DNA of 64,000 nt from assembly GCA_030141605.1 (NCBI GenBank), contig JAQGDQ010000512.1, positions 1 through 64,000 on the forward strand, in the 5' to 3' direction. Source of the DNA: Tubiluchus corallicola (lineage: Eukaryota; Animalia; Priapulida). Positions within the stretch are counted from its first letter, which is position 1. Each line of letters opens with the position of its first letter. The translations under genes were made by a program, and so were the position numbers. The notes under the pieces are model-generated. The model saw only the letters and a list, made by a program, of their open reading frames with translations, was not told the origin of the DNA and ran no database searches. Below are positions 13,512 through 26,208 of the stretch, in pieces.

Positions 13512-14108
13512 CAGTGTTCCCTCACTTATCACGGATGTTCCGCTCCAGGCCCACCTGCGATAAGTGAATTTCCGCGAAGTAGGGACGCTATACTTATTTT
13601 AGTAGTTATACATTATTTTAAGTCTTTATAAAACCTCCCCACACTCTTATACATAACCCTTTCCCATTCCCTTAATCACTTTTCCCATACTGTACATGTA
13701 CCTTTTAAAGAACTTCACTTAAATGTTCATAAAAATGTTTTAAACTCTTAAGCTTAGATACGTAATTTTAAAAATATGACGTGTGTACAATCTCACGTCG
13801 GCAAGTAGCATCTCAAACGGGCGCAAGTACTACATTTCGTTTTTGGTGTGTATTCATCCGCCGAATAAATACACTATTTACTGTAAATAGTAATTTTTTA
13901 TGATCTATAATATTTTTTTATGTTAGAATTAATATTTTTAATATATTTTTATACATTTTGTGATTTTTTATGCAAAATTCATCAAATCTATACACTACTG
14001 TACAATATGTACTACGCATGTGCAAAAATACTTTAGACGGAGTACCGCAAAAACCCGCGAAACAGCGAGTCCGAGATAAACGAACCGCGAAGTAGCGAGG
14101 GAACACTG
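13512..14108. mobile_element. Tc1/mariner (pogo/Tigger-like) MITE
   Basis: TA|CAGTGTTCCCTC…GAGGGAACACTG|TA. Confidence 0.85.
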
Positions 14109-14260
14109 TAAATCACTAATTAACAGCTTTGATGTCATCACACGTCGCCGCCCAGCACAAAACTCACATCCACAGATTTCAAAATGGATACCGAGGCAGG
14201 GAAAGGCACAATCGAACTGAAGTAGCAAAAAAACTTCTCTTTAGCTTTCAGTTGAGGTGA

Positions 14261-14336
14261 TCAACTGTTTGCTTGATCTCTGCGCAGTTCCAGCACCTCC
14301 ACACCTGTGCCAACGATGAAAACACGCACTGCATCC
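14261..14336 (-). CDS. WDR6: WD repeat protein 6 (Trm734 orthologue), terminal coding exon
   Basis: cttcttgtag|G GAT…TGA gives (R)DAVRVFIVGTGVEVLELRRDQANS*, similar to the WDR6 C-terminal GxGLEV motif. Phase 2 matches the previous exon. Confidence 0.8.
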
Positions 14337-14366
14337 CTACAAGAAGTAAACACGGCAGAATGAGCT

Positions 14367-14760
14367 TGGCTTTTCACAGTTTCGTTGTACGCATGCGCAG
14401 TTGCTGCAGGTCAAAGGCTAAGTGTACCACAGCAACGCACCACAACAACAACCACCACATAACATGTGGGTAAAGCAAAGCCGTCCGCTGATTCAATTCA
14501 GTAACTTCTGTTGTTTTACCTGGACTTTACTTAATTACACATTGGTATGTGTCTGTGCGTAGAGTGATTTACTAGTAGGACCTTGCTTAGGAACAAGAAA
14601 CAATGAACATGGTAAGGTTTTAGCTAACAGTTAAAACTGTTACTATTACAATAGCATGGGCTGCGAGGCATTGTCAAGAGTAAACAAATGTGTTGCCTGG
14701 TAAATTTAACCTTTGACCTTTTCATGATCATCATCAATCTCTGAAACTGTGAAAATGCTT
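14367..14760 (+). mobile_element. Unclassified MITE
   Basis: TTTTCACAGTTTC…GAAACTGTGAAAA inverted ends; three copies in the window. Confidence 0.65.
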
Positions 14761-15189
14761 TGTACATTTACCTTGCTTTCTGTTTGACAATATACATGTA
14801 CACATGATTTGCATTTCTAAACATCATGCTTTATTCACTTGCTGCACTTGCCGCTGCTGTTGCTATTGTTGTTGTTCTGCTTGCAAGCAAGGAGAGATGA
14901 ATATGCACTAGCCTTATAGGAAATTCCTTCGTTCATTTGTGCATTAATTCACTCGTTCATTCAAACTTATTATAACCAGTCACTCATTCACAGAATCACT
15001 CATTCTTTTGTTCATTTGTTCTTTCGCCCATACATCTGTCCATTCATTCATTCTTTCATTCATTCAAAGGAGTTTAGAATTCCCCACACAATTTAAATGC
15101 CCTAACCCTAATCCTAATCCTAATCCTAATCCTAATCCTAATCCGCTTCATTAACCAATTTCTTGTGTGTATAGAATTGCAAACTTTAG

Positions 15190-15705
15190 CCCATTCATTC
15201 ATTAACACACTCACTCATTCATTCACCCACTCACTCATTCATTCTTCCATTCATTCAGCTACCTTTTCATTCACCTATCCTCCATCTGTCCATTCAGTCA
15301 TTCACTCATTCATTCACCCAGTCATTCATTCATTCTTCCATTCATTCAGCCACCTTCCATTCACCTATCCTCAATGTGTCCATTTATTCACTCATTCATT
15401 CACCCACTCATTCATTCAGCCACCTTCCATACACCTATCCTCCATCTGTCCATTCATTCGTTCACTCATTCATTCACCCACTCATTCATTCATTATTCCA
15501 TTCATTCAGCCACCTTCCATTCACCTGTCCTCCATCTGTCCATTCATTCATTCACTAATTCATTCACCCACTCATTCATTCATTCTTCCATTCATTCAGC
15601 TACCTTTCCATTCACCTGTCCTCAATCTGTCCCTTTATTCACTCATTCATTCATCCACTCACTCACTCTTTCTTCCATTCATTCATCCACCTGTCGATGC
15701 ATCTA
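15190..15705. repeat. (CATT)n-rich complex tandem repeat
   Basis: Visible CATT/CACT runs with a higher-order unit of about 72 bp. Confidence 0.85.
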
Positions 15706-15844
15706 TCTCTCCGTCCATCATTCGTTCACAAACCCATATTGTCCAAGCTACATCTAACATGGTCAATCATTACTAAATTGAAGTCTCAGAAAGTGCCAAA
15801 AGAAACTTTCAGATGGCAGCACTGTCGCCTTTACTACAACTCAC

Positions 15845-15912
15845 CTAGACGTCCAAACATCAATCGAAGAAATATCTGCCACTTGTGTACACTTACACGA
15901 CAGCTGCTGTAT
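15845..15912 (-). CDS. WDR6: WDR6 exon (IQQLSCKCTQVADISSIDVWTS)
   Basis: tttttcag|ATA…TCT AG|gtgagt, phase 0/2. VADI matches the WDR6 V(P/A)DV motif. Confidence 0.82.
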
Positions 15913-16000
15913 CTGAAAAAAAGGAAAAGGTTTATTGATACCGAGATTTGTGTATCCTGAATAGACTAATACGAACGCATACGCCATACTGATGCCTTAA

Positions 16001-16667
16001 ACGACAAGAAAAGGGGGACCTGAAGTACAGTTCAGAAAAATTACCTCAGAAAAATATACTACTTTATAGCATAATTATGCACGTATCGTACTCATGTTGA
16101 AAGCAATTTTCATTTGCTTTCATTTTAAACCTCCTGCAATACTGTTCTGAAGTCTCCGTTACATGACGTCACTGCACAAATGTAAATCAGGGGAAGAAAA
16201 GGAAATGTTAAATTATGTCCCAAAAATTTTTCCATGCAAATCTATATTACTTAGCATTTCGCTTACCTGCTGGAAAGACTTATGTAACTAGACTAATAAT
16301 TTAAAATGTTTTCACCAATTGGTAAAATGTCATTGACTCACCCTCCAGGGTGCACCACTCATTAACCAAAAACATATTTTTAATCTTATTGACAAGATAC
16401 AGTAATTTAAAATTTTACTTAATTAGCAACATGTATGCTACGAATGCTCTGGTTATTTTTTCAAACTTAATGTTATCAAAACTTGTTTCAAACGACCTAC
16501 CATCAAAATGGCTGCGCCAAACGGTCATTGCGGCAGTTTAAATTTACGCGTTTTATAAAGAGTTACGGCCGATGCTAGCCATGCATACGAAAAGGTAGTA
16601 CGTAAGTGGTGTAAAATTTCAAAACGAATTTTTTAAGCTTTATGTAAGTGGAGGGGTTTCTTGTGCT
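16001..16667 (+). mobile_element. Kolobok-like non-autonomous element
   Basis: Colinear with 4246-4908; TTAA on the left side. Confidence 0.7.
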
Positions 16668-16701
16668 TTAGATATCGTCCTTCAAAAATGCTATCCATTA
16701 G

Positions 16702-17284
16702 TAGGGTTACCATACATCCGGGTTTCCCGAGACACGTCATTTTTTTGGGCCTCTATCCAGGCAGGTTTTCAAAAACTCGGCAGTTTGTCCGGGTTTTGCC
16801 TCAATCCGTAAGTATGTACGGACATTGCCAACTGCAGAGGCGTACGACAGTACGAGACAAAGAAAAGCTCGTTAATTTTCAATACAAGATGTTGCTAACA
16901 TCTCAATATGCAACTCTTGTAAGAGCTTTGTGTACATATTTACTGAACAAATGTAAGCAATGCGCTCATCACTGTGGGTCACGCGACTCACACCGCTGTC
17001 GATACTCGGCGTATTCGCTAACGACTTGAAATGATGTCAACTTCCGGGAGCCATTTTGTTTGTTTTTATGTGAATTTCTTTAAATTTGTATAGTTTCGCT
17101 GTTTTGCAGTTTTGAGCATAACTGGTAAAAGTTAATTAGAAAGTAGCAATGCCGAAACGACAGTGCGCATTTACAGATGAAATGAAGGCCAAGTACCCGT
17201 GTTTTCGCGCAGGTCGATATTACTGGGAAGCTGAATGCTCAACATGTGGTCCTCTTGCTCAACTCAGACAATATGGTAACCCTA
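16702..17284 (+). mobile_element. Internally deleted hAT transposon
   Basis: TIR TAGGGTTACCATA…TATGGTAACCCTA, 8-bp TSD TCCATTAG. Retains a probable transposase start MPKRQCAFTDEMKAKYP…ECSTC at 17149. Confidence 0.85.
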
Positions 17285-17390
17285 TCCATTAGCACAACGT
17301 TAACATGTAAAGGGAGTAACACAAGTAATCACAATAACACAAAAACACAATTCTACACCTCCTTCCGCGGTAGACGTCAGCAGGGCCTAT

Positions 17391-17922
17391 TTCAGCCTAA
17401 GCGAGGCCCGGGGAAGTGGGGCGTTGGAGGGGGGGGGGCAGGTACCACCATGGTTGGCACCCAGAAAATTTTTGAACTGCTAGAATGCCGGAGAAGCATA
17501 TTCGAAAAGAAAATATGGAGTTATACAGTTGTTAAAGGAAAGAACAATTGAAAGAAAAACTGCTTTATTCTCAAGACCAGTCCTTAATACTTGTCAAATA
17601 GTCAAATCAAAAACAGCATCTTTGCAATATGTAATACCGCACTCTCACTTCCGTACAAGCCAGCCATCTTCTGACTTTTTGTTTCGCAAACTTATCAATT
17701 AGCTCGTTAAAATCAAGGCCTCTTTGCTACATCCACCCTCATTCGAATAATTGACAGACCGTTTAACCGACCCTGGGTCATCGTCGAACGATTGTCGCTT
17801 CTGATATTTTTTAACGCACTGAAAGAGCATTCACCGAAAAAATGTTACCTCGGCGCGAGGCCCCCCTGGAGGGTGAGGCCCCGGGGAAGTATCCCCACTT
17901 TCCCCACCTGAAATAGGCCCTG
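17391..17922. mobile_element. hAT-type MITE
   Basis: TIR CAGGGCCTATTTCAG…CTGAAATAGGCCCTG, 8-bp TSD GACGTCAG. Confidence 0.9.
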
Positions 17923-18005
17923 GACGTCAGTCTCCGCAAGAACAGGACAGGTTAGCATCAATATAGAATAACATACAGCATCTTATCATCAAAAGCAAGA
18001 ATTAC

Positions 18006-18100
18006 CATCATTTCCCCATTCTTTCTATGGACCTGCCACAAGGTGACTCTCTGGTCGATGGAAGCAGTTAGCAGCAGATCTGTGCTTATTAGTTTCACAC
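18006..18100 (-). CDS. WDR6: WDR6 exon (GVKLISTDLLLTASIDQRVTLWQVHRKNGEMM)
   Basis: ttttacag|GT…ATG|gtaatt. ASIDQRxxxW is a WDR6/Trm734 hallmark. Confidence 0.9.
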
Positions 18101-19498
18101 CTGTAAAATGGACAACATTGTTAAAATATTACTGATCATCTATATTGTGGAAATTGTAACTGTATATTTTTAGGTGCTGCCATCTATTAACTAATCCTTT
18201 TACATTTTACTAGCTAAACTCACCCCTAGTATAATTGTACGGTCCAGTGAATGCATATTCACTGGATCTCCCCTATTTTACAGTAATGGTCTTTGTGAAG
18301 CCAAGTTTGCATAATCACCTATACCTATATATACTGACTGGATTTACTTTCTAGTCACTGTCTCACTCTCAGTGCAGTGCAGAAAAATGACTTTAATCGT
18401 TTTTTGCGGATGCGTTGTCAATGTGCATTTCATGAAATACATGGTATCTTCATCAGACAAAGGAGTAGACTGAGGGAAATATTGTGACAGGCCTATTGAT
18501 TTTGGACAAACAGCCTGTAAACAAAAAAAGGTTCTAGCGGCATCCAGTGTGACTCTTGGAAGGAGATATATGGCTCTTTAGAAAGAGGAAGAACAGGGCT
18601 ACACAATGATGTAGGCTGTATTTAAGAACACTTGCTTTCTGAGGAGCCGTGACGAGTTGATTGGAGGTTCCATTTCGCAAAATTTTCGCTTGGAAAACTG
18701 CTGACGCAAAGCCATTGTTCTGACGTCATCCATTATACTCTGTCTATAACCTTATAACTTTAATTCAGTAAAAGTTGCTACTGGCTTTGCTTTGTAAATG
18801 AAGACAATTTTTGATTACACAAATTTTTTTCCGGGTCTTTTGCTAGTTTATAAGAACGTGAGAATGCAAGAGTAGACACAGGCATCAAATTATGCATTGT
18901 ATAGAACCAACTGTGGCCAAACACCACATGCTTTCACCCAGTCCACCATATACTTCAACAGTGTACCCAATACAATCATTTCCTCTCCTTCTTTAAAAAT
19001 GGCTACCAAACAATATAAGATATTTTTATTTAGTAAATATTCATTGGCGTAGAAAACCAGAGGTTTTTTCTCTTTTTGTGCACGTGTGTCTTTTTGCACT
19101 AATGTTTTTCTTTTACTAATAGGTATCATTACGACCTTTGTTACTTTATTAGTAAAAGGTATAAATCAATTTAAATGAAATTATTCATTCATCACAGCCT
19201 ATATCATTATCGTAATTACATATTATGTTTTCCTTATATTTCCTTGCTATTATTACATTATTTACTTTATTACATTAAGTCATCTACAAAAGCACGCATA
19301 ACTTCAATCATTTTTTCATTTAAGTAAGGTGAGTGTGTTAATGACCGTATGGTCGTACACTCACCTCACACTACTCAAATCATTTTATTTATTGTTTATT
19401 AATGTGTACAATATTGTATTTTGATGTGTGAAAATAAATTCATAATTCAAACACTGAATTAAAATCTGAACAGAAAATGACCATTTCCCGATGCTCAC

Positions 19499-19630
19499 CG
19501 GTTATTTGTGCAGCATGAGCGTCAAGCGTCGTCGCCTTGTCGACCAACGTCACGGTCAGCTGTTCGGAAATCTGCAACTTGGCAACTTGGACTGCGTTGT
19601 CGTCGCCGCCGCTGATGATTGTTACTTCGT
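19499..19630 (-). CDS. WDR6: WDR6 exon (DEVTIISGGDDNAVQV…DAHAAQIT)
   Basis: ttttttag|AC…ACC G|gtgagc, phase 1/1; SGGDD and AHAAQITG motifs. Confidence 0.9.
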
Positions 19631-19869
19631 CTAAAAAACAAATAAGCCTTTGAAACCTCAAAAGCAGTGAAGAACAAATCAGTTTCTTCTAGAAAATGAG
19701 CAGGTTTTAGTTTTCCTTTTGTCACGATTAACTGGCAGGACACTATATTTATTTAAACCTCAAATAGCGTGAAAAAAGTTTAAAAATTAAGGAACGGTTT
19801 ACGAAATGTTGTTGCACACAAGATGTGTATAAAATGTTGCTGCATAAATGGAAAGTGCAAAATGGTGAT

Positions 19870-20370
19870 TCGGGATGTGTGAATAACTAGAAAAGCATTT
19901 ACTGTCAACTTATGGACGACTTTGCTACGCAGCCACACATTTCCTATACCCAACTTTGTTCCATCTTTCTACAGCAAAGTAAGAAATACAGTAAATAAAA
20001 TCTTCACAAAATGCACAATTAGCCAATGCAAATGAGATGATGTCACTTTTGACCAATCAAATAGTGCATTAGGTGCATCATTCCGAACTTGCTGATCAGT
20101 GATCGCTCGTGTGGGTGGACAGGAACCCGATTCATTGCCAACTTGTTCTCAAAGTTCAACTCAAGCGTATTAGCAACAGATGAAGAACGTTTGGTTGCAA
20201 CAATTAGTTATTTTTTGTGCTTAGATTTGATGGAGACGGAAATGAATTTGATGAGGTAAGGAAGGTTTACCTGTAGTGTAAAGCATGCCGTAAACGCTGA
20301 TAGAAAGTCAAGCTAGAACTGATCATGGTGTAATGTAATGTTGCTTAGTCTAAACATAGAGGTAGTAATA
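19870..20370. repeat. Dispersed repeat; near-identical inverted copy at about 50067-50570
   Basis: Shared segment AGCCAATGCAAATGAGATGATGTCACTTTTGACCAATC…GGCATGCTTTACACTAC in opposite orientation. The family continues at 50570-50930 and 62110-62500. Confidence 0.75.
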
Positions 20371-21007
20371 TTAAATGAATTTTAGTTGCTTAGGTTCGTT
20401 TTGGTATTAATTGACTATCTGTATAATTAATTTTGGTGGTATGTTATATATATATATAAGATTACATATATATATATAAGATTAAAGCCTACAGCTCCGA
20501 CGACTCCACCATTTGCGTCGATCTATATGTCTAACGAAAGGTCTTGATCCAGTATCGTGCCGGACCTAACTCCCGATTTTTTCAAAATTTTGGCCAAACA
20601 TCCCGTAAAAAAACGTTCTAGCGGCGCCTGGTGGAACTCGCGGAGGTAGGTATGTAGATCTTTAGAAAGAGGAGGAACAAGGCTACACGATGATGTGTGC
20701 TATGTTTTAGGACACCGCATTCAAGAGTCGTGGCGACGAGTTAATTAGAGGGTCCATTTTCGGCAAGTCTTACTAGGAAAACTGCTGACGCAAAGCCATC
20801 GTTCTGACAATCATCAGCATCAAGGTGATCTATCTCGCCTGAATCATCTCGTGTAAAGCATCTACTGAAATAGTGCCAAGAAAGTTTAATAATTAAGGAA
20901 GAGTTTTCAAAATGTTGTTGCTAGGAAACTGCAAAATGGAGATTCAGGATATGTGAATAATTGCCGACTTGTGTATGACTCTGCTATACAAGCCCACATT
21001 TCATTAC

Positions 21008-21152
21008 CGTTGTTCACGGCGACATCTAGCGAGTTGATTCCTGACTGATGAGCACCCAAAATGTACAGAGGAGAATTCATGTGCGATGAACAACTTTCGC
21101 CCATTTGCACTGCATTGTCTTCTGGACATCGGTCACTCAGAAAGTCTTTATG
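21008..21152 (-). CDS. WDR6: WDR6 exon (HKDFLS…LGAHQSGINSLDVAVNN)
   Basis: tttttcag|CAT…AAC G|gtaatg, phase 0/1; AHQSGINSL motif. Confidence 0.9.
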
Positions 21153-21286
21153 CTGAAAAAAAGAAAAATTCGGAAAAAACTGGCAAAACAGTGCAGCACT
21201 CATGTTTTCAGTGACCAAGTAAAGCTCCATGGCATCTTTAACTGCATTGCTTTAGGCGTTTAACCTTTGGATATTTCAAGTTTGGG

Positions 21287-21811
21287 CAGTGGCGGCTCGT
21301 TTATGAGTACTGTGGACTGCAGCACCCCCTATTTTCATCAATATTATCAATAATATTCAATATAACGAATTTTTTTTCTTTAGTTCTTTCTTTATACTTG
21401 TACGGTCCAGAGCACATGAGGGTGGTACTGTTTGCTTCACAGCCCAGCACAGTGTGCTCATAGCTCAAGCAACTATTTGACTGTTGCGCGCATGCCTGAA
21501 ACCATACGCTTCACTTTAGGTGCTATCACTCACTCAGAGTGTGTTTTCAGTTGTCACGTGCTTAAAAGCCTGGAACAGGCACATTCTGGAACTGCGACAA
21601 TTTAGGCAATTCGTAAGCAAATAATATTTTTTGTTTACGATTTTTTTCAAGTTTATGTACAAATTTTTGTATGTTTGTTTATTTAAAATTACAATTACAA
21701 ATTGCAACATTAAACTAGCATATGTTTGTTTCGTTTTATACCGTATTAAAAGAATGGCTAAAAATTTCCTGAAGCAGCACCCCCAACAATTTCAGCTATG
21801 AGCTACCACAG
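21287..21811. mobile_element. Degenerate hAT-like MITE
   Basis: Imperfect TIR CAGTGGCGGCTCGT…ATGAGCTACCACAG; imperfect 8-bp flanks. Confidence 0.5.
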
Positions 21812-22139
21812 AGTTCGCGAGTATATTGATGTTGGCAATGCATTGCTAAATTTGGCGGTGGTGGTCGGTGGTGGTGGTTATGGTGGTGGTGTTGGTGGTG
21901 GTGGTGCAGCAACAGCAGCAGCAGCAGTAGTAGTTGTAATAGTAGTAGTAGTAGTATGTTTATTGACCAATTATTAAAGGAGTACCATTACAAATCAACA
22001 CTTGATTTGATAAGCAATTAATTAGCCTAACATATTACATAGTGTAAATTACTACTCTTTCCTTCAAAGGAAGACGGGAGTTTTCATATACTACCCCATT
22101 TTCAAGTCCGATACAGTATACATTTTAAGACATTTAGTA

Positions 22140-22640
22140 CTGCAAAAGCTTTTCCGATAATTATGTAACAGATTAAAAACTTAATTAATGGCAGGCAAGC
22201 ACAACTATTTATGACATCACAAACTAACATGATTTTCAACAGAAAAAAATTTTCCACGGGCGTGTTGCACGTGCTTGCAAAAGCAAAAATTGAAGTACAG
22301 TGCAGCTGTAAGATATTCAGTGTGTCGTATTAAAACTAGGCAAATTTTACGATAAAAATTCAAATTGCAAATTTACCGCTGTGCTCACGCATGAGCTGTC
22401 GAACGTGTGTAGCTCATCACAATCTAACACATCTGAACGGAGAGGTACAGCCCCTGTTTTTTGTGCAATGCATTTCCAAAATGCAGGCGCTAGTGCCCAT
22501 CTAACTAGCAAATAGCAAAATGCATCTAACAGCGAAGAACTAGTGATGCAAACGTGAAATTGTGTTTTTCTCATCATAATTCTCTCACGTAAGTCATTTT
22601 TGAAAAAGTAACATGTTTCCTTTCAATATTTTAAAGAGTA
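22140..22640. repeat. Dispersed repeat (inverted relative to 28350-28830, 43065-43515, 54185-54520)
   Basis: Shared GCTAGTGCCCATCTAACTAGCAAAT and TCACGTAAGTCATTTTTGAAAAA blocks. Confidence 0.7.
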
Positions 22641-22942
22641 GATTGTTTCCACCTACAGTCCGGTTTTGCTTTAAGTACAAGATCAGTATTTAAGATAGCA
22701 GCATACAATCATATTTTAAAATCAATTTTAATATCGGTGCTATTAAACAAGTTGCCTAGGTTTTCAAACTTAAGACCGAGATTCCTATTAATTATTGTAA
22801 TCTCATTCTAAGATGTTCACTAATTTCTCATTCACAAAGAACAGGTTGCTCTGTATGTACACTTTCTCCACATTAGCATAGCGTATCTTGTCAGCTTACG
22901 TAGTCTATTTATCAAAATTTAAATATTAGCATGCTAAGGCAA

Positions 22943-23416
22943 AATTACGGCCATATCACGTTGAAAACACCAGTTCTCGTCTGATCACCGAAGTTAAGCA
23001 ACGTAGAGCCTGGTTAGAACTTGGATGGGTGACCGACTAGGAATACCAGGTGCTGTAGACCGGAGGAGGTCAAGTGACCCAACGGCCATGTGTAGAGGAA
23101 TAAACCTTCCAAATCAGGAGTGGAGCCCCGAAGGTGGACCAATGCAGCATGCTCACTGACTCTGGCAGCTCTTGCAGCCAACCAGGTGTCAAACGTATCG
23201 CTCCGCTTTCCTTTGGACTACACCAGCGAGGAAGAGAGGGGGTTCCTGTTGTCTGAGAAACTCAGGATCTCCAAACACCTTGCCAGGCGTGCGCCCTGGA
23301 GACGTTCAAGGATCACACTGCTCAGCCTCAGTCGACGCTGCAGCTCCATCAATGTGACCAATAACTGACTCACTTGGCGCACACTCTATTGTCTTCCGAG
23401 GCAGAAGGATGCCAAC
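22943..23416 (+). mobile_element. Full-length 5S rRNA-derived SINE (SINE3) with RTE-like body and tail
   Basis: 5S head at about 22943-23060 with internal A/C boxes, then a non-rRNA body; TSD AAGGCAA (22936-22942, 23417-23423). Confidence 0.88.
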
Positions 23417-23592
23417 AAGGCAAGTGTAAATATTTGAATTCGTGAAAGAATAGTACGTTCCCTTTCAATATTTTATGAGTACGATTCTTCTGAGCTATAG
23501 TTTAAAACTGAACCCAGTTTCCTTTTAATTTTTCTAGATGCATTACAACTCAACAATATTGTGTGTATTCAACCAATTTTAGCGATTATGAC

Positions 23593-23950
23593 CAGGCCCT
23601 ATGCAAACATACTGCTTCCTCTCTCCCTCTCTCTGTCTGTCTGTTTCTCTCTCGCGCTCTCTTCCCCCCTCTCTCTCTCTTTCTCTCTCCCCCCTCTCTC
23701 TCTCCCTCTCTCTCTCTCTCTTGCCGCATGCATGCCATTTGCCAGTATTGACAAGTATTAAGGACTGGTCTTGAGATTAAAGCAGTTTTTCTTTCAATTG
23801 TTCTTTCCTTTAACAACTGTATAACTCCATATTTTGTCTTCGGAAATGCTTCTCCTGCATTCTAGCAGTTCTACCCCCCAACCCCCCACCCCGAGGGCGC
23901 CTCACACGCCCCCACTTCCCCGGGCCTCGCTTAGGCTGAAATAGGCCCTC
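23593..23950. mobile_element. hAT-type MITE (family of 17391-17922)
   Basis: CAGGCCCTAT…ATAGGCCCTC, 8-bp TSD ATTATGAC. Confidence 0.85.
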
Positions 23951-24073
23951 ATTATGACACTAGTTTTCAGCTACCAAGTGTACATAAAATTATGTGACCA
24001 GATGTAAATTATAAAAAACAACACAATTATCGTCAAAATAAGATACACTGCGTATTATTAATATATATTAAGG

Positions 24074-24312
24074 CTAGTTCTGAGACCAAACAAGAATGAC
24101 AGCAATACACGTTATTAAAACACACAATTGACTTCGCCTGGTATATAATTTGACTGCTCTTGCTACCAGGTCTTGTGGACAATGGGCAAAATCCATGGCA
24201 GTAATTTCACTTTCATTGTGCAACCGCCTTGGTTCGGCACAGTCAACTAAGCTTGATTTCCATTGCACAAGTTTTACCCACTTAAGACGGCAGTCACAGA
24301 TCAGCTTGTTAC
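24074..24312 (-). CDS. LRR paralogue A, exon 2 (LRRCT plus hydrophobic GPI-type tail)
   Basis: tttcctag|GT AAC AAG; GNKLICDC…W…DC.EP..L…C pattern of an LRRCT. Confidence 0.88.
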
Positions 24313-24623
24313 CTAGGAAACAATAGAACATGCCTGTGAAACAAGTGAACAGAGACACGGAAACAAAGAAAATACACGTGCTAAAAGTACTGTACCAACA
24401 ATTTGTAACAAAGCAGCAAAACCATGCGTGTTTTTTTTTAAATTGTGCACAGAAATCGCATTAATTTGTGCGGACTGCATGCTGTTTCAAATGTTTCGGG
24501 GATAAGGAGCATAAGAAGGTAAAGTAGTGATTATGCATAATTATAGATTGGAATCAAACTCGAATAAAAATATCCTCATTCTGTATTGAACGTTCGATGC
24601 TCATTCCTACTAAACATCTAAAG

Positions 24624-25044
24624 CAGGGGTGTGCAAATTATCTGACTAGCCGGACCACATTAAACATTCCCACAATTCCTGTGGGCCACATGCAGTTTGG
24701 TCAAGGAGCCAAGTACAGTAGGACCTGGTAACGATTTTTTTGCATCCGATTTGCGCACATCATTAACTACTACACTCAAGAAACTATTTTAGAAGTTATT
24801 AAAATTTATATTAAAAACCATATCGTCATGTCCGACAGTGACATTAGGTGACAACCGTCTTGCATGGGTTAATGTATTCCGATCTAGAGGAAAAAACTAC
24901 CCGCACTATCTTTGCGATATTGGCGCAGACTTCAGCTGGATAGCGTGGGCCGCACTTTCATTACGTTGACAAACCTCTTCGCGGGCCGCGCAAGATCTCT
25001 CAGGGGCTGCAAGTGGCCCGCGGGCAGCAGTTTGCACACCCCTG
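24624..25044. mobile_element. hAT-type MITE
   Basis: TIR CAGGGGTGTGCAAA…TTTGCACACCCCTG; TSD ATCTAAAG/ATCTAATG. Sister copy at 58712-59209. Confidence 0.85.
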
Positions 25045-25296
25045 ATCTAATGTTTCTGAGTTTGACTGTTTGGCATACATAGTAAACTGCACACCTTTAA
25101 TTACTATTACTTATGAGACATTGGTATTTTGTGCCACGAAGTGTCAAAGGTCACAAGGCCATCTTAACACATGTGTATGCTGGGTACTTCGCCAATCCCC
25201 CCCCCCCCAAGCATAGGGGCCCCTTGCTAATCTATGCATTTTGTGACAGTTAGTGGTCGTGTTAGCAGAGACGGCAGTGTATTGCTTTGACGTGTA

Positions 25297-25363
<67 letters not shown>

Positions 25364-25604
25364 TTTACTTACTTACTTACTTACTTACTCACATACATGA
25401 GTCAAAACGGCTTTACTTTGCCCACATGTCATGCGATGGTTGTAGTTAAAGACGCGTTGCTGCGTTACACTGAACCTTTAACCTACAGCTACTGTGCGTG
25501 TGCACGATGAAAAGTGTGAAAAGGTTTATTATCTCACACCCAGCTCTAACGAAATTGTCGATAAGAATTGTCAATAAACATTTAGTTTTGTCAAGTAACC
25601 TTAC

Positions 25605-26208
25605 CCGTGAAATGCAGATTTATCCCTGAAATTTGTTTGTGTGGAAATGTTAACGCTGGCATAGTCATTGTCTCGATAGCTGTGCCAGTGATAATAATGT
25701 CCTCCAAACACAAATTCCCAAAGAAATCGAAGTCCCCCGTTTCTAAGGCTGGACAGTTCTTGATATGAAAGGTGTGCATGCATGCATCTATAAGCTTAAA
25801 TGCATCTTTCTCGATCATTATCAACCCACTCAAGTCATCTAGCAGCAATTTGCGTCTGGGGAGGGCCGCAACCGCCGTACTGCTGATGTTTTCCAGGGTC
25901 TTCGAGTGTGCAATTGTTAAATATTCCATTTGTATTCCATCCAAGAACCCATCTGGCAGAAGTTTATCTTCGTAACCGAAGATCATGAGCTCGAGAATCT
26001 CACGTTTCGGCATTTTGGATGCTCCTCTCCTTGCGGTTTCACTCGAGTTAAAATTGCAAGTAATCTGGCACATTTCTGGCCTGTCGTAGTCTGATACACA
26101 CTCGCACAAGTGCACCACTTCCTGCATTTGCTCACAGTTGCACGAAGCTTTGCATCCGACCACTAACCAAAGTAGACCGATTCCTGCTGCTACGGTCGCC
26201 AAGCTCAT
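25605..26208 (-). CDS. LRR paralogue A, exon 1 (signal peptide, Cys cap, LRRs); spliced product 280 aa
   Basis: ORF with hydrophobic N-terminus, CxC…CxC…C…C and LxxIxxxAF repeats. Donor ACG G|gtaagg (phase 1) at the same position as in the four paralogues. Confidence 0.88.

Noticed and set aside
15100-15143. Interstitial telomeric repeat
   Set aside because: Mostly (CCTAAT)n with only one or two CCCTAA units; best treated as a short microsatellite.
22943-23060. Functional 5S rRNA gene (also 378-497)
   Set aside because: No oligo-T terminator, several substitutions, and fused to a repeated body with a TSD, so it is a SINE head.
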